Below, one piece after another: positions 58,440 to 64,000 of a stretch of DNA of 64,000 nucleotides. Every line of letters starts with the position of its first letter. The first letter of the stretch is position 1. The stretch is from Basidiobolus meristosporus CBS 931.73 (lineage: Eukaryota > Fungi > Basidiobolomycota): assembly GCA_002104905.1 (NCBI GenBank), contig MCFE01000017.1:186001-250000 (forward strand), given 5' to 3'. The position numbers and the translations under genes are program-made. Under the pieces are notes generated by a model, which searched no databases, was not told the DNA's origin, and worked only from the letters and a program-made list of their open reading frames with translations.

Positions 58440-60106
58440 CTCTGAAACGCCACCCGGAAGACAACACGACATTTATAGAACGTTGCTAAACAATACGAAT
58501 CAAGTAATAGGCGAATGGCATTGTTATTTTAATATATTTTGATCAATATTTCCACTTTATCTTTGCCATTATAAAACCAAAAATACACTGGTCATTTACT
58601 TGTGTTTCATTAATATGTTAGTAGTGTTCTATCAACTCATTTCATTATGCTGGTTGATCTCATGTCATTAGATTGTTTTTTTGGGCATAATATGAAGTGG
58701 GCCGAATAGGGTGCTTTGACTTATTTCAAAGTGCGAAGTTTCCTATGTTACCTAAAGGCATTCCATGTTTTGATACTCTCCAACATGTTTATCACTTGCT
58801 TTTATAAATTTCATTACAAATATATACATATCTTTTATTTCTGCTCAACAAATTTTTGAAAGAATGGCATGCATACTATTAGTTATCTTGACATTGTTTC
58901 ATTTTAACATGTACCTTCATGAATTCCAAGTGAGGTAATTGTTTCTTAGGATGAATAACTCTATGGACGCCAAGTTACTATATGGAAACTCTGACTTTTA
59001 TACATATTTGGCTTTGTATTTGTAACCACTTGATAATTTACCCAAATCCGTTGTCTTATAACAGAATCAAGCCATGTTGGATATAACCCGCTTCAGCATC
59101 ACCATTTAACAACATATAAATGCCAATATCCTGTTGAAATCAGCACAATTCACTGGACTTTATGTTTTCGGAATATACTGTACTGTGCGATACTAAGTCC
59201 AGAGATAGGCACATAATAAAAAATATGGTTATTTAGTAGCCATCTACAAATAACCCCAACTAGTTCAGGGTTTTTTGACAATGAATCACCATACTCTGTA
59301 GCGCAGATAACTGGGCTTTGTTCATTCCACAGAGTTTATGAGTTGGCCCAGGTAATAGACCACAGAGGTAAGCATAAAATATAGCCGTTTGTGGTAAAGT
59401 TTCCAACATTGCGATTCATTCAGATACATCGAATTGTTGTTGTACTAAAGCCACAGCATCCTTATAAGGAGATTTTAACACTGAGTGGACTTTGATCTAG
59501 GGACCGAAATTTGCATCCGGTATCCACCTCACCAACTACAAATACCAAATATATACTAGTAATAGTGCGTGCTAGAATTCACATGGTTAATTGGCTGCGA
59601 CAACCAGTTGACAGGACCAGGCAAAAAGTTAACTTATATTGTAATACACCATCTCTATCTGCCTACGATAATTAAGTTCCAATAACCTACAAGAGGGTCA
59701 CTGATTGTAAGATTCAATTCGTGGTAGCACCTAGAGGTTATCATATCCTTAAAAAAGTGTTTTCCCCAGCAGGTACACCGATTATAGTAAGAATACCCAT
59801 TTCACCAACTCACGAGTAAAAATCAACCACCAACTAAATATACCAAATATATTCTAGCGTCGGTGCGTGCCAAAATCTCCAAGGTTCATTGGCTACGATA
59901 ACCAGTTGGCAAGAGTAACACATAAAGTGTTCCGGAGGTTGAGTTGGGACCAACCTCTGGCTTCTGTACACCTACGTGCGGTCTCCCCTTCTCAAGATTG
60001 GTAGTTCATTGGCGGCAAGTTACACACCCGCTCTCAAAGTATATAAATCGCCAGAGCCCTTTCAGTGTTTTCCATACTATCTCTAGGTCTCCAGATAAGT
60101 ACAATA

Positions 60107-61590
60107 ATGTCCAATTCGCTTCACTCTTTGGGTGAGTCTAAGCTCACTGGCTGGCATCTTCGAGCAATTATCGTGGCAGGTATTGGATTCTTCACCGATG
60201 CCTATGATATCTTTATCATCAACCTCGCAGTTCCGATGATGGGCTATGTCTATTATACCAATAACAACAACAAGATTCCCAAACAGTACGAAGGCCCATT
60301 GAAAGGGGCCACTGCCTTTGGTACATTGATTGGACAACTACTGTTTGGCTACCTAGGGGATCGTCTTGGAAGAAAGAAGATGTATGGCTCAGAGTTGATT
60401 ATCATTATTTTTGCTACCATCTGCTGTGCAATTGCTGGTTCGTGGGCTAAAGGAGTGAACGTGATTGCCATCCTTGGCTTTTGGCGCTTCATTCTCGGAA
60501 TTGGCATAGGAGGTGACTACCCAGTGTCGGCAGTAATCACATCAGAGTTTGCCTCAACAAAAAGAAGAGGCATGATGATTGCCGCCGTCTTTGCGTCCCA
60601 AGGAACTGGTATTTTGGTCGGAGCGCTGTTTACTGTGATCATGTTGGCTATCTTCCAAGGGGCCATCCGGGCGGATCAGAACAACTTCGATTATGTTTGG
60701 AGACTGATGCTTGCTTTTGGATGCGTTCCTGCCATTTTTACCGTGTACTTCCGTTTGACCATGCCCGAATCACCACGCTATACTTTGGAAGTGAATGGAG
60801 ATCCGGAAAAGGCAGCCGAGGACTTGAGAGGAATCATGAATGTCGAAGACAAGGATCGCGTGGAGGCGCATCATCAGATAGCTAAGGTTGAACGCCCACA
60901 ACTGACCTTCACTGAGCATTTCGGACAGTGGAAGAATCTCAAGGTGTTGCTAGGTACCTCGTTGTCCTGGTTTTTCCTCGACATTGCCTTCTATGGACTC
61001 TCCCTTAACCAGTCATACGTCCTACAAGCGATCGGATATTCCTCAAAAGGCCTCTCTCCTTACGATGCCATGTGGACTGAGGCCGTTGGAAATCTAATCA
61101 TTCTCATTAATGGGAACTGTCCCAGGCTACTGGTTCACGGTGTTCCTTATTGAACGCATGGGCCGAATCAAGATCCAGTTGATGGGATTCGCCTTTTTAA
61201 CCATCATTTTCATCATACTCTCTGCTGGCTTTTACAAGATTCGGGACACAGCAGTTGCGCTATTCGTCGCATTGTTTACCTTGGCCCAGTTCTTCTTCAA
61301 TTTCGGCCCAAATACCACCACATTTGTCCTTCCATCCGAGGTATTCCCCACTCGCTTCCGTTCCACTGCTCACGGTATCTCGGCTGCTTCCGGAAAGCTT
61401 GGAGCCAATCATCGCTACTTTCGGCTTCAATCAATTGGTGGAGATTGGTGGTAAGGATGGAGAGCACGCTTTCCTTCCACAAACCCTCGGAATCTTTGCT
61501 GCCATCATGTTCCTTGGATTTCTATCAACCTTCTGGGTACCTGAAACCAAGGGCAAATCTTTGGAAGAGATTTCCGGGGAAGATAGCTAG
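60107..61590 (+). pseudogene. PHO84: Pho84 copy 2 with two +1 frameshifts (about 61103 and 61408); pseudogene or sequencing error
   Basis: Protein identical to copy 1 up to GNLII. ATCATTCTCATTAATG versus ATCATTTCATTAATG, and GGAGCCAATCATC versus GGAGCCATCATC. Confidence 0.75.
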
Positions 61591-61869
61591 AGCATTAATC
61601 ACACATGTCAAATAGAATCACCACTTAAATATATCACATAATTAATACCATAAGTTGACCATAAAACCATGCACTTTGGATAAATATAATGGTACTCCTA
61701 TATTTCCTGCTCAGTCATGGGATATTAGTGACAAACTATATCTCAAATATTGCAAGTAACTAGCGGGTTCACTCCACCAGCCAACTGAAATTAAACTAAT
61801 TCCTCAAGTAAACTAGGCTTGGAGAGTACAATAATTACCAAAAGTTAAAATATCAACTTCAGTAACTTA

Positions 61870-62645
61870 AATTAAAGAAGCCAAGTTCTACTGGGATATA
61901 TATTTATAGGGTTATGGGAGGGAAAGTCACCAAGGTAGGTGAAATCTTTATTTGATTTCAGACAAGTCTTAGGGTTAGGGGGGGAGACAGTCACCAACAG
62001 GTGAAATCTTTATTGCAGTTGAAACAAAGAAGCCAGCGCTACTGTTGTAGCTTTGATACAAGAGTGTGTAGCTGGGGGGAATTTGTAGGTAAGTTAATAA
62101 GAAGTGATGATAGTTCTTCAGTGCTCAAGACACTGTTCAGTGGAAAGGGGGGTAGCAAGAGAGGTAAGAATGACTTGTGAACAACTTAGGGTTAGGGGGG
62201 AGGAAAGTCACCAAGTGGTGAAATCTTTATTTACTTATGACAAGTATCTAAAGAAGCCAAGTTAATCTGAAGTTATTCCTAGAAAGCTAGGTCTGAGAGA
62301 TATCTTTCTGGTAAGCCAGGTCTGAGAGTTGAGAAGCTGAGTGGTACTATATTTCCTAGTTAGCTAGGTCTGAGAGAGGTTTCCTGGAAAGCCAGGCCTG
62401 AGAAGTGAGAATCTGAATATATCTGAGCTAATTTATACTGGTTTGCGGTAGCTGAATTGTGGCTGGGATGGCCAGTAGACTGGGGGAACTGAGAGGAATT
62501 TCTGGGCAATCACGGGCCAAGATTACTAGGCAAATTTAGCCAATTAGCATTTCAAGGATTTCAGCCAATCAGAGCCTTTTACATTGGGTAAGGGGGAAGA
62601 CAGTCACCAACAGGTGAGATCTTTATTTCTTAGGGTTAGGGTTGA
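61870..62645. repeat. Composite modular repeat containing TTAGGGTTAGGG, G-runs and TCACC-N4-5-GGTGA hairpins
   Basis: Four copies of a roughly 45-bp unit (about 61908, 61969, 62186, 62586), three AAAGAAGCCA modules and paired CTAGGTCTGAGAG / AAGCCAGG modules at 62287-62404. Confidence 0.8.
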
Positions 62646-62705
62646 GGCGAAGGAGGATAATCGGGACCTGCTAGCGACTAATATTTCAAACCGCAAAGTG
62701 ACTTA

Positions 62706-63055
62706 TGTTGTAAAAATTCGTATTTTCCACCTAAATATTCACCTAACTTAGTCACTTAGATCATCATCTTCAAATCCTAGAGAATACTGACCAAATTCCT
62801 TGTCGGGATTTACTTAGAATATTTTCACCAAAATACCAGGTACCCAGAACATGAAAATTCTCAAAGTTGTCCAAACAGCCCCAAACTTTGCACACATGTT
62901 CTTGGGACCTTCCTTAACCTATTCTACGTGTTTGTAATGCCAAGACCATGTAAAAGTATAAATACTACTTTTACATTCAATAAATCATTAAGTGAAAACC
63001 ACATAATCTACTTGTTCTCCCAATCACTTCCAATATCTCCAAGACTCTTACAACA
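62706..63055 (+). mobile_element. 5' LTR (350 bp) of a Ty1/copia retrotransposon
   Basis: TGTTG...CAACA termini followed directly by PBS GGTTATGAGCCC. Four related solo LTRs occur elsewhere in the window. Confidence 0.9.
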
Positions 63056-63086
63056 GGTTATGAGCCCCGAGCTGTCACTCTCTGCA

Positions 63087-64000
63087 ATGTCTACTACTGC
63101 TATTACTGGAATTTTTCCCTCTGCTGAAAAGTTGGATGGATCTAACTACCAAGTGTGGAAGGTGAAGATGAAGATGCTGCTACAAGAAAGAGGCCTTTGG
63201 GATATTGTCATGGGAGAAGAATGCCCTCCTAAAAACGTGGGAGAGGAAGCCTTGAAGTACCAGAAGAAAGAACAAAGTGCCTTTAACTGCATTTGCCTTA
63301 ATGTCAAGGACAAATTGCTAATTCAATGCTCAAGAGCAAAAACGGCAAAGAATGCCTGGAAAGCATTAGAAGACACCTACCAGTCATGTTCAGCTGCCAA
63401 GAGAATGTATCTGAGAAGAAAATTCTTTACTACAAAGATGCTGCCAGGAGAAGAAATGAAAAATCTAATTAACAGAATTACCCTGCTGGTAGATGAGATG
63501 GAATCTGTGGGCGTACCAACTACTGATGAGGATGTGATAGTTACCATCCTGAATAGCCTGACAGACAAGTTTCAGGGCCTTGTATCAGCCCTAGAGTCCA
63601 GAACTGAAGATTTGACCTTAAATTACGTATATGGAAGGCTCCTGGATGAAGAATTAAGAAAATCAAGCGCCAATAAGAAGGAAGAAGAAAATGCTTTAAT
63701 AAGCAATGATAACCAACAAAGGAGGTACCCAAGACCCTACAAAGGCAACAGCAACCTATTTTGCAACTACTGCAAAAGGAAAGGACACACATCAGACCGG
63801 TGTTTCAAAAAGAGAGATTATCAGCAAAAGAAGCCTGAATATGGAAATGCTGTAACAACTGAAGATAGACTATTCATATCTGCACTAAATATGACCACAA
63901 ACAAGGATTCTCAGACGTGGTATATTGACTCTGGAGCTTCTCAACACTTTACACACCAAAAAGAACTTTTTACCCAATATCAAGAAATTCCAATTAAGAA
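63087..64000 (+). CDS. Ty1/copia gag-pol polyprotein, N-terminal part (open to the window end)
   Basis: My translation: KLDGSNYQVWKVKMKMLLQERGLWDIV (gag), zinc knuckle CNYCKRKGHTSDRC, protease WYIDSGASQH. No stop seen before 64000. Confidence 0.93.
   Translation, partial: MSTTAITGIFPSAEKLDGSNYQVWKVKMKMLLQERGLWDIVMGEECPPKNVGEEALKYQKKEQSAFNCICLNVKDKLLIQCSRAKTAKNAWKALEDTYQSCSAAKRMYLRRKFFTTKMLPGEEMKNLINRITLLVDEMESVGVPTTDEDVIVTILNSLTDKFQGLVSALESRTEDLTLNYVYGRLLDEELRKSSANKKEEENALISNDNQQRRYPRPYKGNSNLFCNYCKRKGHTSDRCFKKRDYQQKKPEYGNAVTTEDRLFISALNMTTNKDSQTWYIDSGASQHFTHQKELFTQYQEIPIK

Noticed and set aside
61900-62640. Hammerhead ribozyme or CRISPR-like array in the modular repeat
   Set aside because: No CUGANGA core before the hairpin. 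Spacing is irregular, spacers are themselves repetitive, there are no cas genes, and the context is eukaryotic.

Overview
Eukaryotic, intron-rich fungal DNA with typical introns of about 55-80 nt. Gene content and protein families point to an early-diverging fungus (Zoopagomycota/Mucoromycota-like; Basidiobolus is plausible but this is inference only). From about 6 to 41 kb there is a dense housekeeping block: sulfite oxidase, SET/Vps75-like chaperone, RPL35, RPL15, TatD, RPS10, Pho85-type cyclin, EB1, Mdv1, an Msn2-like factor with two C2H2 pairs, Irc3, Mkk1/2, a double-GATA factor, prefoldin 6, Rpb5, Mtr10, RraA-like and RBM48. The flanks are accessory and repeat-rich: a secreted AA11 LPMO, three tandem secreted expansin/loosenin (DPBB) genes that all carry the same CBM19-like chitin-binding tail as the LPMO, two inverted near-identical Pho84 genes about 56 kb apart, New1/Elf1, an NmrA-like reductase, four solo LTRs, and the 5' part of a Ty1/copia element that runs off the end. 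Highlights: (i) a textbook U12-type intron in RPB5 about 6 kb from an RBM48 gene; (ii) the DPBB-CBM19 array; (iii) long nested hairpins in two unusually long ribosomal-protein introns; (iv) an unexplained modular repeat with TTAGGG motifs and small hairpins beside the copia LTR. No tRNA, rRNA or CRISPR array was found. Exon boundaries were derived by hand and need RNA-seq confirmation.
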